Under the pieces are notes generated by a model that was not told the origin of the DNA, made no database searches, and saw nothing but the letters and a program-made list of their open reading frames with translations. Position numbers and translations under genes: made by a program. Source: Balanoglossus misakiensis (lineage: Eukaryota; Animalia; Hemichordata). Taken from it: a stretch of 64,000 nt of DNA. Where the stretch lies: contig CM082579.2 in assembly GCA_040954595.2 (NCBI GenBank), positions 6,623,625 through 6,687,624 of the forward strand. Reading direction: 5' to 3'. Positions 62,469 to 64,000 of the stretch are shown here, in pieces (the first letter of the stretch is position 1; each line of letters opens with the position of its first letter).

Positions 62469-64000
62469 CAAACGTGCATGTGAATGTGGCACATGCATAT
62501 GTCACGTGTATATAAATGATTACAATCTTGAAATGTCTGAAAGAACTCGAAATAACTCGCTTCTACTCGTTCTGTGTCGCTAGATGGCTTCTCGGTACGA
62601 ATTCATTGTTACGTTTTTTCAATAAGATATTCAATATTAAAGTCCACTATAAAGCTCACATTTACGTCAAATTTAGTGATTATTATGGATATTTTGATGA
62701 CTTTTCTTTCAAACTTCACTAAAGCGCGGCCATTCGAATGGGTGACGTCATACAATATTACAGTTTGCGGACATGACATGCGGGTAATATATGTCAGTAC
62801 ATTTCTGTGCAAATATGTCTTTCATGACTTGATATTGTAGGGTCGTGATTGTATTTTGTTTGTGTATTTATACATAAACGTCTGAGCAACATTCTGAAGG
62901 AGGGCAATTGATAAACCCGAGTCGTGTAAATGGCACGGGGCGTTGATCGGCGATGTTAACCTTATCGCTTGCAGCAAATACGGGTCTTGGGTTGCGACTG
63001 CACGCGTTTGTTCATGAATACATGACTTGTTTGCGGGCGGTTTATTAGCAAATGCGCTAACGAGCAATAGCGAAATGAAACTTCGGGTTACCCGAGTTCA
63101 TTTCACGCAATCACGTAATGATGATTTATTCAAATTCAACTTGGTGAACCGCCTCGACGTTTCGACAGTGTCTTCAAAACAACTCCGCCTTGTTTATTCC
63201 AGAATAGTCAAAATACAGACTATGCAATCCGAAAAAATTTAAAGACATCGATTTTGAATAGTTCTTTTCGGAGGAAAACAAACGCTTTCTCTTTCTAGTC
63301 AAAACAAGTTGAAATGCCATTAAGCAGCAACAAAAAGAAAGGTGGAATCACGTGACTCACCCGGTGGTCACGTGACCGGATATAGGACTTCTCGTTCATT
63401 TCCGTTACTGGTGCTCTATTTTTCACCTGACAGTGATAATGACACAGCCTGGTGCGGTTTTAAGTACAGCCACGCCCACGCCTCATCACCTGCAGTTCCT
63501 GTTATTATCAAGGAAAGCAAATCTTCCCAATTTGGAATCATCAGCATTTATCACCGTTCCCGGTTTCTTTGCTTGCTCTCCAAGCAATTATAATAAAGCA
63601 AACATTTACAGCTCGTTGTCGCCCCATCAAAGTGTTTAAGTCGTGACTGATAATTGCTTTCCGGAAGAAAACACTCATTTTGCGTCGAGGGAATGTGGGA
63701 TGTGAGAAGCGACGTATATACAACATCGCACTTGCAATGACGCCTGTGTATGCCATGCTTGAAAGGCAGCGTCCGTGTATCTCCGTGGAGTGACCCCGGC
63801 CAGTGTAATCACCATTCTGGTATCACGTTGTTTTGGCGATTTTTTTGCAGACCTCGATACGTAAACCCCCGGGGAAAGTTTAAAATAAACAGTAATCGAG
63901 TAAACGTCGTTAATCACTTTCTGTCCGTAATTCTGCGCGCTGCTGAGTTCGATGACACCAAACGTTCCTAACAAAGCCGTGATGCATCTGGCATCGTCCG

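Noticed and set aside
37700-64000. Known conserved bilaterian miRNAs, snoRNAs or snRNAs in the desert
   Set aside because: No mature sequence or box arrangement recognised by eye; an Rfam/Infernal scan is needed to exclude them.

Overview
Eukaryotic (metazoan, probably marine invertebrate) genomic DNA with short GT-AG introns; not prokaryotic, and no CRISPR array, rRNA or functional tRNA gene was seen. The first ~37.6 kb holds five intron-containing genes reconstructed exon by exon with consistent splice phases: the 5' end of DYNC2H1 (minus, runs off the left edge), a DCUN1D4/5 pro-ortholog (plus), OCIAD1 (plus), TRMT9B with a very large low-complexity insertion (minus) and LIAS (plus). DYNC2H1/DCUN1D and TRMT9B/LIAS are head-to-head. 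Introns in this block look CpG-depleted, whereas the ~26 kb right of LIAS is CpG-rich and has no recognisable conserved CDS; it contains MITEs, microsatellites, dispersed repeats, many TF-like palindromes, a pre-miRNA-sized hairpin and a candidate spliced orphan transcript. The most notable points are an apparent pre-duplication DYNC2H1-DCUN1D4/5-OCIAD gene order, the methylation-like boundary, the expanded TRMT9B, a candidate Cys-rich DCUN1D N-terminal extension and a four-half-site nuclear-receptor array at the LIAS start. No clearly novel biological system could be established from sequence alone. All homology calls are from recognition of motifs, not database searches.
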